A model generated the notes under the pieces. It did no database searches, was not told where the DNA came from, and saw nothing but the letters and a program-made list of their open reading frames with translations. Positions 51,312-64,000 of a stretch of DNA of 64,000 nucleotides are shown in pieces; positions within the stretch are counted from its first letter, which is position 1; every line of letters begins with the position of its first letter. The DNA is from Lytechinus pictus. Lineage: Eukaryota. The stretch covers positions 10,046,001 through 10,110,000 of the forward strand of contig NC_087251.1 in assembly GCF_037042905.1 (NCBI RefSeq). Direction: 5' to 3'. Position numbers and translations under genes: made by a program.

Positions 51312-52527
51312 ATGGCCAAATTCATCACACCTGTATCAGAGACAAGAGAAAATGTACAAAGATTAAAAGGGGACTACCGTTATGGACATTTTGAGGTCAT
51401 CCCAAACCTTCCAACCTCAGGTCCTGCCCAAAATTCTGAAAAGCATGTCAGGACTTATTTCAATAACAAACAAATATTCCGAACCATTTGTGAGTGGTTT
51501 GAGGTCTGGATGCCATGGCAGAGGCGCATTGTTCTCTGTGGTACTACAGATAGGTGTTCTACATCTCAGCTTGAGTATCTTGCTACAGCCTTAGAACCAG
51601 TGTTTCACAGGGACTTCCAGACCTCCCTGAGAGGGAGCTATCCATCACTGACCTCCAGAAAAGTGATCCACACCAATGAACAATGGGAGAGAGCAGTTAA
51701 AATGGCAGATTCTGATTTGAGTATTGTCTACACTAAGAAAGAGAGCCAACCTTTGTCAAACAAAGAGTTACATTCTGTAAACACATTTGCTTTAAAATTT
51801 GTCAGTGGTGTCATTGCTGAAGCAGTTCAGATAGCTGCAAGAAAGGATGCAGAAGACAGTTCTGGTGTAGACTCTTATGATGACAGTCAGAAATCAAAGG
51901 GCAAAAAAGGACATCAGAGAAAGCCTTCGCCAATAGTAGAAGTCCAAGAGACCTCACCCATTGTAATTGAGAGTAATGGATCTCGTACCTTGAGCCCAAC
52001 TACTAGTCGGTCACAGCAAAGTGGATGTTCATCATCTTCCAAAGACACTTTGCTGAAAGTTCCAAAGAGTGAAAGGACCAGTTTCTCTGGCACAAAACAC
52101 AGCACAACTTCCAGTCAAAGAGATGGCCTTCTGTTTATAGAGCGGAAGAGTGTTGACACCTCATCTTTCGTCAACCAAATTAATTCTTCCGCTCACCCCC
52201 TTGAGTCTTCCTTTTCTGCAAAGCCATCAGAAAGGCGAAAAACAAAGAATCGATCAATGGCTTATAATCAGTATTTCTGTGGACAGGAGGATACAGGCTT
52301 AGTTGATCAGCATCACTTGGATGCTCTACCACCTCTTGAGGCCAAAAAGGTGTCCACTTTCAACTGGTGTATGAGTCACAGGGTCACACCTTCTGCAGGG
52401 TCAACTGTAGCTGGATCAGCAGAAAGCCATAGAAGTAAACTACACAAGCACACCAAGACCTATCCAACCCCAGGAAGTGCAGCAACCACAACAGACTTCT
52501 TTGATCGCTCAAAGATACAGAAACTAG
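51312..52527 (+). CDS. F-box gene coding exon 1 (MAKFITPV...KIQKL)
   Basis: Acceptor TTTACAG ends at 51304, ATG in AAAATGG context, 1216 nt open, donor GTAAGA. Confidence 0.85.
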
Positions 52528-55500
52528 GTAAGATATTTATGTAAAGGTATCCACAACCAAAATCCAAATTTATTCATATTGGTTTGAGTGAGATATGGAT
52601 TACATGTACCTTTATGATGGTTGGGGTCTACAAGTTTGGAAAACATTTTATAAGAATGAGAAAAATTCCATGAAGTATGTACATATTTATTTGAATAAAC
52701 AAGTAGGAGTTGTAAAGCATCGCAGGTAATCAATTGGTATTTGGCTTAGCACGGGATGTTTTGTTTAATTGTTGAAGTGTAGTGAAGAATTAAGTGAATA
52801 GCTTCATGTGTGTATTATTCTGAAACTATGTGTTAATTTGTGTGTTTGTTGAGATTCCTTGAATATTCTGAAAGAAGCAAACACAATAATTATCATGACG
52901 TGATTTATTGATTTTTATTCTTGAATGCAAGTACTTGTTTAATGTGAAAATGAATCCTTGGATTTATTTGCTGTGGCATATGCTTACTGAAGATTTTTAT
53001 CTTTTATATTGTTATCCATATGCTTAATAAAATTAGAAAATATCCATTAACTAATGTCATTCCATTTATCAAGAGGTTTTTTTTCTTTAATATGTTGATA
53101 CAGGTGCAATGAAAGGGGTTTTACGTACAGGTCATATCAACAAGCCACCCCTAGTTCAAGATCTGTACATCCCTGTCCAGAAAACTTTCAAGCCAAGCAA
53201 GTGGTGGACACCTAGACCTGTAGTGGTCCCTGCAAAGAAGCAACAACTGAGGGCAGCATTCAAGGATCAGTTGGAACAGATATGGATTGTATGATAACTT
53301 TTCTTCTGATTATTTGAATATACTTTGCCATTTGAAATTGATTCTCTATAAGTATCTTGATTCACTGTCCCTCTGTGGATTATTTATGTAGTTTGCTTCT
53401 CTGAATGTTGTCGAATCATAAAGATATCTCTACAGGAAACAAAATTAAGTAGTAGAGGACTTTTATTATTTTATTTGGCATAATATAAAATAAATCATTT
53501 ACAGTGATAAAAATGATTGTTACAGTAACACAAAAAATATTTAGATACTGGATTCATCTGGTTGAGCTGCCAGGCATTGGGTAAAGTTAACAAAGTAACT
53601 ATAGTCCACCCTAACCCATACCCCATCCAGGTGAATCCAATGTAGTATTTTAATGTGACATAAACATACCATGCATTTGCATGTAATATATTAGGCCTAC
53701 ATATAACAAAATGTTGAATTGCTCAGAATCTAAAGCTTCTATTGAGAATGCAAAGCTTTGTAAAGAAGTTGCAAAAGATCTTAAAATATATTGTTATCTC
53801 CTAGAACTCTTATTATTTTTTTAAATCTTTATCATAATATCAGATTTTAGATATCAAATATCTTCAGATTTATGATTTTAAACAGACTTGTGAAGTGTTG
53901 AACTATGATAATTGCTTGGGAATCAAAATTGTCCTGCCCAAAGTCCCATGGTTAATGCTGCCTTCTTTGCAGCCATTGCAGTTTTTCAAACCTTCATGCA
54001 TTGATATCGGTTTGGTATTCTGAAATGCTGTTAAATTTTTGTTATAATGTTTTTGTTTGTTTTCATTTTACAGTGGTTGAAAGAATGGGAAGACCATGAG
54101 AAAGGGGATCTTTTAGTTGAACTCATCAAGATGTGTGACCAGGAACTTATCAAGTTCTTTGCTTCCTGCCTCACCAAACGGTAGGGATCATTTTAAGAGA
54201 TGAACTACAACATACAGCCCAGAATATTATTATTCATTCAGAATCTGTATCTTGTAGTGAATCAAAATATATTAAAAAACAATTTTGATAGTCATCATGA
54301 TGTAAACAAAATAGTTTTCTGATCCATGGATTGTTTTATTGTCATGAAATTCAAAATACAAAGCAAACTTATTGCCCACTGGAATTAGTATTAAATCAAG
54401 TGCATTCGTCAATTATCAATAGAACACATAATGCCACCCTTAAGTATCCTATGAATATTGTTCTTCTTTTATTCATTTATGATACCAATCGATATATCCT
54501 TTACTAATGATCTTAACCCTAAATTATATAATGAAATTGTCTAACAAGATTTAGGTCCCATGCTTATTAATTTAATAGTATGAAGTAACATCATATAGAA
54601 CAATTCTAATATGTTTATTGCTTTATGAATTATTTATTAATAATGATGGCATGCATGCATTTCCTCTTTGAACTGAAACCGATGTTCAGGTTACATCAGT
54701 ATGTGAATTGGTATGTGACATATTTATTTGCATGTTTTGTGATTGTACAAAAATTATTTTGATTAATCTTTCCTGACTGCTTTTTGTGCCATTGCTTATT
54801 GCAAGAGGGTTTTTGGTATTGCCGTTTTGTGAAGCTAACAATGATTATTATTTAGAAGAAAGAAGTAGTTCTAGATAAGGGATGTACAGAGAGATAATCA
54901 CCCCCGGGACCCGTTGCATAAAAGTTACTATTATGGTAACGTTGCCATCCAATGGTAATTACCATGGTAACGATGATCATCAGACTAAAGGATTCCATGA
55001 AAGATACCATTGGATGGCAAAGTTACACTGTACCATAATGGTACCTTTGATGCAACAGGCCCAAAGGGCCATCTACCCTGTAACAACAGGGTAGAAGAGA
55101 CAGTGTGTGAGAGAGTGAGGGAAGGAGGGAGGGGAGAAGGAGGTAGAAATTAAGGATATAAAAAGGCAGCGCTTTCTCACTCAGTTCGATAGCGAGCTTT
55201 TGTGTGTGTGTGTCTTGTGGAAACCCAGAGAATGGCAGACTTCAGTCATTTCCAGTTATTTATAAAAAAATTAAAAAAGTATCTTTTGCACTGCCTTCGA
55301 ACAATTAACTGCACTCTTATGTTTTGCATGGTGGGTTGTGTACTGCTGACTAATATTTTTTTCTTCATTATATTTTTTAATTTTTTACTTGCCCTCACCC
55401 TTTTTCTTTTCTTGCTGTGCAATCTCGTCTTTGCATTTGATGAATATACATCAGTATTTACTACTGTGTGATAATTTTTTTTAAAAGCAGTTTTATGTAA

Positions 55501-58500
55501 TTACATGGGTGAAAGCAGAATTTTCTGCTCTTTGAAATATTTGGTACTTTAAATTTAATGCTAATCTAGAATCATATAAACAATTTTTTTAGTTATTGAA
55601 GAATGTGTTGAGTCTACTGAAATATTCATCTGTAACTGCTATAAACTGACATCTTATTTAAGACCGAGTCTCAGTCTGAGGTTTGTAAAGATCAACTTTA
55701 TGTTCATTCAATTTCATGTGCTGTCAGGGATACATTGTTCTGATTATCTTGATTAACTATCCACTGAAAAAAAGCATCTATTTTCGTAACAAACATGGAT
55801 TATGTGAGATGTTGGTATAGATATGGTTACATTTCAAAGACTGATAGAAATCTGATGGTTAATTTGTGTCTCAATAAAAACCATCATTTTTATGTGAAAA
55901 GATTTGTTGCTTGATATTTATTAAGAATTTAAAATTAAAAATTTATTGTAGAATTTTTTAATACATTGATGATTATTTTTTATGGGTAAAAAATTTAAGG
56001 ACTAACAAGCATTCATTCCCAAAATGTTTATATTAATGTAAGTTACAAAAGAGCTCCATAAATTTGGTTTTGCACTAAATATAATTCAAGATGAGGAAAA
56101 GCAGAAATAAAAACCCATTACAGATGAGAAGAATATCCTTTTGATCTTTTTGTTTTATATACCAGTTCAACTTATGTGCCGTTTCTGGTTACTAATGATA
56201 CCAGTAAAACATTTAAGATTGTTCTGGAATATTATTTGCTCATGTTCCTCAAATTATAATCGGTTTTATATGGTCATTTTACCAGGTTAGAGGATCGTAT
56301 GGATATCAACAGCCTTCCAGATAAAGTTCTTCTTCATATCTTCTACATGCTATCTCCTAAGGACCTACTACAGGTAGAGTTGGTATGTAGGAGATGGCGA
56401 TTCCTTGTCTCACAAGAAGAGCTCTGGCGCTACCAATGCTTACTATTAGGTGAGCATTTACATGTGAAAATTACTAGTGTTTAATTGAGGTGTATTCGGG
56501 TATGATGCAAGGCAGAGAGGGGGTCTTTGTTACCGCAATGCTATGTGTCCCCTAGTATGAAAAAATCTGGAAAATTTTCTAGTCAGTAGATAAGTTATAA
56601 CTTTTTTGTCATTGGTTTCAACTGGGATCAACTATAAACTGAAGTTAATCTCCTCTCAAATGTCTTTGTTATCTGTTCTATTTATATTGTACTAAACTGA
56701 AATGGTTATTTGATATGAGACAGATGCTGAACACCAATATTTGTACAGCTGTGTTTGCTGTAGGAATGTGTTACACTGCTAAAAAAAATCAGTCCAATCA
56801 AGTTTGGACCAAAGTAATAAAATTTCAGGTTAACTACACCTGATGACCAAAAGAATTTATACCCCTTTGGTACCTAGAACACATGACCTCAGACAGTGAT
56901 CAAATTTTCCATGTCTCTATGGCCTGTAACAGGCGTGTTGGCTCAGTTGGTAGAGCGTCCGTCTCACAACTGGGAGGTCGGGGTTCAAACCCCGGCTGTG
57001 TCAGACCAAAAGATGGGAGTTACTGCTACCCTGTTTGGTGTTCAACAATTAAAGAGATAAAGCCTTGTGGATCTGGCGCTGCAAAGAAAGTTTTCAGAGT
57101 ATTTCATTACATGTCTATTTCGTATAATGAAATATGAATTTTCTTTTTTTTATTCTTAACTCAAGTTTTCACATTATTTACACTCTGGTCTTAAGTTGTT
57201 GTTCCAGATTGGATAGTGTATTATGTGAATTTTCGTGGCCCAATCATGGAGTCATGTATGCAGGGCGCTTTATGATCGATAGGAAATGATGATATGTCAA
57301 ATGACTATTGGACTGAATTGGACTCTTATTGAAAATATGCATTTTCTTTTTTTACAGGAGCATCCCATGGGTCTCCTGATCTTGTTCAACTGATTGAGTT
57401 CTATATGAGTGAGAATGCTGTAGACTGGAGGGAAGCTTATTGGAACCTTACTGATATTATGGTACATCATGATGAAGTAGTCCTAGTTGGATCAATACCA
57501 AAACCTGGTAAGTATGGTGTCTCTATAACATGTATGTTTCCAGACTAAATCTTTGTTAATTATTCTTCACAGTTTTCTTATCTTTGATGCATTGTACAAC
57601 ACAAATAGCGAATATTCTTATTTCTGCATTGGGTTAAGGTTTAAGGTGAAAGAGGGACACTCGGTTCAACTTGCCTCATCAAATACAGCATCTTTCTTTC
57701 GAATGCAAAATATTGTACCATTACACTCATGCCTATTCACTATTTGTACGTCATATTTTTTATATTTATTATTTGCACAATTTTACCTATCTCTTCATTT
57801 CAGTGCTATATAGTTCAGTTTAGTTTGAGTAATGGGTCGTGTGGTTTAGTGGTTAGAGCACTGGACTCGTAATCGCAAGGTTGTTAGTTTGAATCCCCGC
57901 TCTGCCATTGTCTCCACTTTGATAAAAGATCCAAGATCTGTTGTCTATATCTGCCACTATGCCTGATCAACTTAGACATAAAATGTTTCCTATTTTAATT
58001 GGTTAAAGGACAAGTCCACCCCAACAAAAGATTGATTCAAATAAAAAGAGAAAAATCCACCAAGCATAACACTAAAAATTTCATCAAAATCGGATGTAAA
58101 ATAAGAAAGTTATGACATTTTAAAGTTTCGCTTAATTTTACAAAACAGTTATATTCACATCCTTGTCAGTATGCAAATGAGGAGACTGATGACATCACTC
58201 ACTCACTATTTCTTTTGTATTTTATCATACAAAATATGAAATATTCAATTTTCTCTCTGTTGTCATGTGAAACAACGATTAATTCCTCCCAGAACATGTG
58301 GAATTAGCATTGTTTAATACTATATGGTTCAATCAAGTTGGTCCTTATTGTCAAATCTGTAAAAATGAAATATTGTATAATTCAAACAATGAAAACAAAA
58401 GAAATAGTGAGTGATGGACATCATCGACTGTCTCATTTGCATGTCACCGAGTTGTGCATATCACTGTTTTGTTGAAAATAAGTGAAACTTTAAAATGTCA

Positions 58501-61500
58501 TAACTTTCTTATTTTACATCCGATTTTGATAAAATTTTCAGCATAATGATTGTTTGATTTTTCTCTTTTTATCAAATAAACATTTTTCTGGGGTGGACTT
58601 GACCTTTAAATACCAGCTTGGCGTTTACCAGCATGCAGCTTTTCTTCTGAGTTCCTATGGGAGTTGCCATAAATAGTATAACTTTTTTCAAATATAAGTT
58701 TCTTTGAATATAAGATAGTATAATTCAATTTAATTAGATTCAATTCAATTTGATTCAAATCAATTGATTTTATCTCACTTCAATTAATTAGTCTTCAAAA
58801 TGATACATGTCTCTTGTCAAAATTCTTTTCTAGCAATAGATATTTTTATTAACAGTAAATTTGTGACATTTGCTCAATTGACAATTAATTGCCCTGATGA
58901 AAATTCAGCCAAACATGAAAGTTTGTATAAAGCCTAAACCTGATTACAATCCTAATCATAATCCTCATTAATCTAAACTAAAAGCACTATTGCATCCCTA
59001 ACCCTTATCCTGTTTCTCCTTTCTCCTTATATGTGATCGATCATACCGAAATGAGAGAGAAGTCGCAAATCAAAATTCCTAGAAATTCGGCAAACTATTA
59101 AAAAAGTCAAAAGTTTGAAAAAAAAATTTTGTTCATTTTCTGATTCTTCCATGTTTCATAAATACTCTGTGAAAACAATGAGTGAATTTGATGACGGAAA
59201 AGTGATAAAAAAACAGTTTTTCTGCGAGTGTTTTTTTCGGTCAGTTCGAGATTTTCTGATACTTGGCACGCTCGACTTGATCGAATTTTGCTTCATACTA
59301 AGCTCCGCCCCTAGCGACGTACGCCATTGTTGATTGGCTATTCATTTAAACTCATGTACAGCTGGCCGCTCGCTCGATTGATCGGTTCAATGAGCTTCAA
59401 AAGAAAGATCAAAAGCATCGCTTTCAATACGTATTCTGAAATTGAAAAGGCGGCTTCTTGACAAAAGTTAACAAACGGGATTCAACTTCAAAAGGGTTAT
59501 TTTTGTGATAATGCAAGTAATCGGGATGTTTCGAAGAGAAAACTTTTCAAAAGAAAGGGTTTAAAATCTATAAAAGTAATTTATGTTCGCGGATGTGGGT
59601 TAATTGATCTGCAGTATCATTAACAATAAAAAAAAGTTTATCATGAAAGCTTGGTGGGCTTCATTATTTCCAATTATTTTTGCCTTCAATTGTTTATCAT
59701 GTTTGAATGAACGATAGAGAAAGAAATAACTTTTAGAAATAACAGGAAGTCAGAGACAGTAGAATATTGACTTCGACAACTGAGGCGCGGATCCAGGGGG
59801 GCACGTCCCCCCACCCTTGAGAAGAAAAATTAAAATTTGTAATGTAAAAATGCCATTGAAGCCGAGATGTAGCCCGGGATGTACCCCCTTTTGAAATTGA
59901 AGACCTTCTATTCTTTTTTTTTGCTTGTCAATTTTTTGGCGGTTACGAAATATTCTTAATTTATGGTTGAAAACCTTTTTTTTGTTAAATCCTGGATCCG
60001 CCCCTGACTTTGACCAATGAAATATGGCCCGAAAGGACCATGCAGTAGGCCTGCATTTTTTTTATTTTTTTATAATGGTATACGGGTCATACGATATTGA
60101 TTTAAAATATTAGTCATTTAAAATACACCTATTGAAATTAACATTTCCTAAAAGTCATTGCCATGTTGTCCCATTCAACTGTGCCCAGATCTATTCTCTC
60201 TGTCCCTCTCTGTTATTCTCCTAGTTTCTTCTTTCGTCTTTCTTGTGTTTTATTTATTCCTTTCTTCCCCTCTCCCCCTTTTCGTTCGCTCTTCTCATTC
60301 AGATCATTCGGTCTCTTCTTCCCAAATCTCCCTCCTTGTTCTTCCTCAACCCCTTTCTCTTATTTAATTCTAATTTGTTAATTCCTCTTTTGTTTTCCGT
60401 TCTTCTCCCCTTTCGATCTTCTCTTATTTTTCTTTGTCGATTATTTTCTCCTCCTTTCCTTCTCTCTCCCCTTTGTTCAACCTCCACCTGTTTTCCCTAT
60501 TTTCCCCTTTTCTTCGTTTTCGTTTCTATTTACATAACTCTTTTTTTCGTTCTTCTCACCCTTCGATCTTCTCTTTTTTTGCCGGTTTTCTTTCTTCTTT
60601 CCTTCTTTCTTTTCTCCCTCCCTCACTCACCGTCTCATTCCTCTTCTTTTTTATTTCGTTTCTCTTTAATATAATATATTTCTGTTTTCCTTCTTCCTCT
60701 CACCTGCTCATCCCTACAATCTTATTCCTCCCCCTCCATTTCTTTTTCTCCTACCTCGTCGATCTGCTCTAATTTTTTTACCTCATTTCTTCCCCTTTTC
60801 CTTCTCTCTCTTACTCATCCAAACGTCTTATTCCTCTCACTTTTCGCTCTTTTTTTTGTTCTATATAATTCCTTCTTCTCCCCATTCGATCGTCTATTTT
60901 TTATGACAGCCGTTCTTTAAGGGGGAGGGATGGGAAGGAATAAGTGAAAACAGAGCAGAAAGAGAGAGAGATGGAAAGGAATTAGCGAAAACAAGAACAA
61001 GAGAGAGGGGATCGGTATTATACAGTGAAAACATGAGAAAAAATATTGTACAGCTTTTATTGTTTTTTGTTGTCCTTTCTCTAAAATTTCCATTTTCCTC
61101 CCGTAAAATAATATCAGTGGTGTAACAGGCAGGGGGCAGGCTGCCCTTGCTGATTTCATCGCCATAAAAAGGGGGGAAGAAAGGGAGCAAAAAGAGGAAA
61201 GGGAAAGAAAGCGAGGAAAGGGGGAAAGGAGAAATGGAAGAAAAGGGAAAGTGAAAAAACAATGGCGGATCCAGGGGGCAGAGGGGGCGCACGCCCCCCT
61301 AATATTTGAGAAAAGTAAAAGAAAGAAAAGGCGCCGCTTAAAAAAATAAAAGATAAGGAAAGTAAAGAGCATTTGACAGGGTCAGACTTTACCCTTTTTC
61401 AAAATTTTCTTTTTTGGCGCCGGTGATGTATAAAAATATGTGCGCCGCTCAGCGGTACGCCCCCCCCCCCTTTCCCCAAAAGCTGGATCCGCCTATGAAA

Positions 61501-63571
61501 AAGTAAGAAAAACATACAAAGAGGGAAAGGAAAGAAAGAAGAACATGTGAGAAAGAACAAATCATTCAAAAATAATATGCTAGCGTGATTAGTAAGAAAG
61601 GGAAATTAACAACAAAGATGACAAAATAGCAAACAATTAACAGCGGAAAATTACGGTAGAATGGAATGAGTCAAAAGTTCGATTGGAAAATTACGAAAAC
61701 AGTCAAGAAAAAAACAGAGAACTTTAAACACAACCGGGCTGCCTAACATTTTAATCATACCTGCAATTTGATTTAAAATGGCGGCTAGTTTTAAGGTTTA
61801 ACATGGAACTTGGTAATAATAATAATAGACATACACAGGCTCTTCAATCAATATTTCTATCAGAAACTTTCTTGAAATGAAGTAAACTGACAACGATAAA
61901 CATTTCATTTATTGATATCTATTTCAAAAACCTTTGGTAATATAAAAACAAATGATTCGACGAGTTCATTTTTTTTCGTGGGAAATGAGTATAGATTTGG
62001 ATTCTCCAGTCACGATACCCATGATAATGATGATTATACGCCTCTGTATCGATCTTGGCAACTTCGCTTGGCGGATACGCATTTACATGGTAAAATGTCT
62101 TTAAAAGAAATAAAAAATCAATAAAGGTCTTTTCATTCTAGCGCTTTCTTATGGCGACAAAAGAAAGAAGGGGAGAAATCCCCGTTGTTTTCCCTTTCAT
62201 TCTTCGCAACGCAGTGTAGGCCTATTGACAGTGAACAGGGTCAAGTTGATTCCAAAGGCGAAATTTTAAACAAGGCCTGACCTGTGTGTGTGTGTGTGTT
62301 GGGGGTGGGGGAATCATCCCATTTTCGAGGGATAACTAACAGGGGAACTTGAACTTTCTTTCAACAAACCACACCCTTCGCTTGATTCGATCATTGCCAG
62401 TATGAGAATGATAGTTGTCATGAAGAAAGCTATTTTTCTTATTCATTGGTTTGATATATACCAAGGAAGACAAAATTGCAATAAATCTAAAATTACATAA
62501 TGTATATCAATCATTTGATAACTCAGTTTGTCGCATATGAACTTGTAATGAAAAGAACATTAATTTTACACTCATTTTAAACTTTACTAGATAATTAATG
62601 TTACGATCAAGCTTAGCATTCGGGACATCGCCCTGTCATGTCTCGGATTTTTGTTTTATTTCATTTTATTTTTTAAATTTTAAATATTGTTATTATTATT
62701 ATGATGTTTGTGTCGCCTTTTTTTTTGGGGGGGGGGGTTCTCTCTCCAAATTTAATCATTCAATCTTACAAAGACTTGTTGCACAAGGCATTTGCATGTT
62801 CTCATTCTTTATCTGTTACTGTATTAGAATAAAATATTGGTTGTGCTTGATATCGATCCGAATCAGCATTGGTCTAAGGTCCCTGGCTATACATGGAGGT
62901 TTTTAGGGCCAACCTTTTATCCCCGCCTTTTATTTCATTAATAAGGGAGATCATGGCATTCTTTTTCTTTCACGAAGATTATTATAAAACCCCGGTTTAA
63001 CCAATGATGTGTAGAAGATAACGTTGTTTCGTCTTGTGGTCGCGCGTGACTTGCAAGTTGACTATTGTTCTCAATGCAGCCTCTTCATTGGTTAATCGTT
63101 TCGCCTTTTTTGGCAAGCGGTTACTAGGGCATTTCGGTTAGCTAGGCGGTGGTAAAATCGATTTTTGCATGGAGCAGGGTCAAAACGGAAGTCAAACTTC
63201 GAAGGCGTTTTTCTCTTGATTTTTATTTTCAAGAGCCCAATTCTTCTTGCATTCTTAGGCTTATATCTCCACTAATATTTACTCTTAAGGGTCGAGTGAT
63301 ATATCAAATTAAAGGTAAAGAAACGGGGAATAATAATCACTAAAAAAATTGGATATGAAAAATTCCGACTTGTCTCTCATTTCGATGTGACGAGTCACAT
63401 ATATTAAGAAAGTATGAATTATCAAAGGATGAAATGTGATGTTATCTTTAAATAATTTATTTCTTTTATTTTGTTCACTAGCTTTGAAGAGGATGTGGAG
63501 GATGGTAACTGATAGAATCTCTGAATTAAGAAGAAGACATCTTCATGAAGACACTGAATCAGAATCATCAG
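51312..63571 (+). CDS. F-box protein with two D-domain-like helical motifs (FBXW10/FBXO16-like architecture); 3' end beyond the window
   Basis: Six exons join in phase. F-box consensus INSLPDKVLLHIFYMLSPKDLLQVELVCRRW and downstream VDWREAY. No stop codon reached. Confidence 0.85.
53104..53288 (+). CDS. F-box gene coding exon 2
   Basis: GAMKGVLRTG...QLEQIWI; phase 1 to 0. Confidence 0.85.
54074..54180 (+). CDS. F-box gene coding exon 3
   Basis: WLKEWEDHEKGDLLVELIKMCDQELIKFF...; phase 0 to 2. Confidence 0.85.
54905..55062. mobile_element. Harbinger-like palindromic MITE
   Basis: GGGACCCGTTGCATAAAAGTTAC / GTACCTTTGATGCAACAGGCCC. Confidence 0.6.
56286..56449 (+). CDS. F-box gene coding exon 4 (F-box domain)
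   Basis: LPDKVLLHIFYML...VCRRW; phase 2 to 1. Confidence 0.9.
56930..57135 (+). mobile_element. tRNA-derived SINE
   Basis: A box TGGCTCAGTTGG and B box GGTTCAAACCC, no proper acceptor stem, followed by a SINE-like body. Confidence 0.75.
57358..57507 (+). CDS. F-box gene coding exon 5
   Basis: GASHGSPDLVQLIEFY...VDWREAYW; 150 nt, strong splice sites. Confidence 0.85.
57834..58002 (+). mobile_element. tRNA-derived SINE, interrupted by a Kolobok-like MITE
   Basis: A box TGGTTTAGTGG and degenerate B box GTTTGAATCCC. The body appears to resume after 58609. Confidence 0.6.
58007..58605. mobile_element. Kolobok-like MITE (TTAA TSD)
   Basis: TTAA-AGGACAAGTCCACCCC...GGGGTGGACTTGACCT-TTAA. Related fragments at ~1130-1290 and ~37740-37880. 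Confidence 0.85.
59032..63399. mobile_element. 4.4 kb non-autonomous DNA transposon with TGT...ACA termini and nested insertions
   Basis: TGTGATCGATCATACCGAAATGAGAGAGAAGTCG versus CGACTTGTCTCTCATTTCGATGTGACGAGTCACA, with TATA on both flanks. Confidence 0.65.
60190..60900 (+). repeat. CT-rich low-complexity tract
   Basis: Extreme pyrimidine bias generates the spurious F/L/S/P ORFs here. Confidence 0.85.
63482..63571 (+). CDS. F-box gene coding exon 6
   Basis: ALKRMWRMVTDRISELRRRHLHEDTESESS; pyrimidine tract plus TAG acceptor, donor GTAGAT, phase 1 to 1. Confidence 0.65.
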
Positions 63572-64000
63572 GTAGATAGGCTTTCATATCCCATCTAATC
63601 CTTTTTCATGCTTTCATGCAATGTGGTCATATAAATCATATCATCAAATGTGATCTTGCATGATAATCATTTTTCTTACAGGTGGCGTAATTCTAATTTC
63701 CATCCTTCTATACCCCTTCCTCATGCCCCCCTCCCTAAAAAAAAAAGCTTTTCAAAAATATATGTAGTATCCTTTCTTCACCTAAGATCGGTGTCCTGTC
63801 TTGTTAAATCTTATTATCGATGACAGATGTTAGAAGTCTGTGACAAATTTGATCTTGGTTAATCAAATCTCAGAATTTCTATAGGTCATAAGAATAGCTT
63901 TGTAGATCACATGCTTTATATAACAATACTTTGGTTCATATTGGCAGTTCTGTATTATCGGTACCCTGAAACAGTAAAAGTGCATTAGTTATACAATTAA

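Noticed and set aside
56930..57003. tRNA gene
   Set aside because: A and B boxes are present, but the acceptor stem does not pair and the sequence continues into a SINE-like body.
60158..61372. Several long F/L/S/P-rich ORFs
   Set aside because: Low-complexity CT/GA tracts are depleted of stop codons.

Overview
AT-rich animal genomic DNA with spliceosomal GT-AG introns. The repeat types (Tsp/Helentron-like elements, Kolobok-like and Harbinger-like MITEs, tRNA-derived SINEs) suggest a marine deuterostome such as a sea urchin, but this is inference. Three genes were assembled by hand from splice sites and reading phase: (1) YPEL5 on the minus strand, 2 coding exons, 123 aa; (2) RBM25 on the minus strand, 18 coding exons, about 783 aa (Pro-rich, RRM, RE/RD, PWI) with a predicted ~2.6 kb 3' UTR; (3) a plus-strand F-box gene with two D-domain-like helical motifs that runs off the window. 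RBM25 and the F-box gene are head-to-head, with a likely shared promoter near 47.1 kb. Introns and intergenic DNA are packed with nested non-autonomous transposons. The most unusual observations are: an 8-copy tandem repeat that multiplies the 3' splice site of the RBM25 RRM exon so that only the last acceptor gives an open frame; a cluster of candidate poison/alternative exons in an apparently transposon-free RBM25 intron; an ~890 bp foldback element with a 9-bp TSD whose arms carry outward-facing splice donors; and recurrent YY1-like motif plus donor cassettes, some inside transposons. No prokaryotic-type systems are present.
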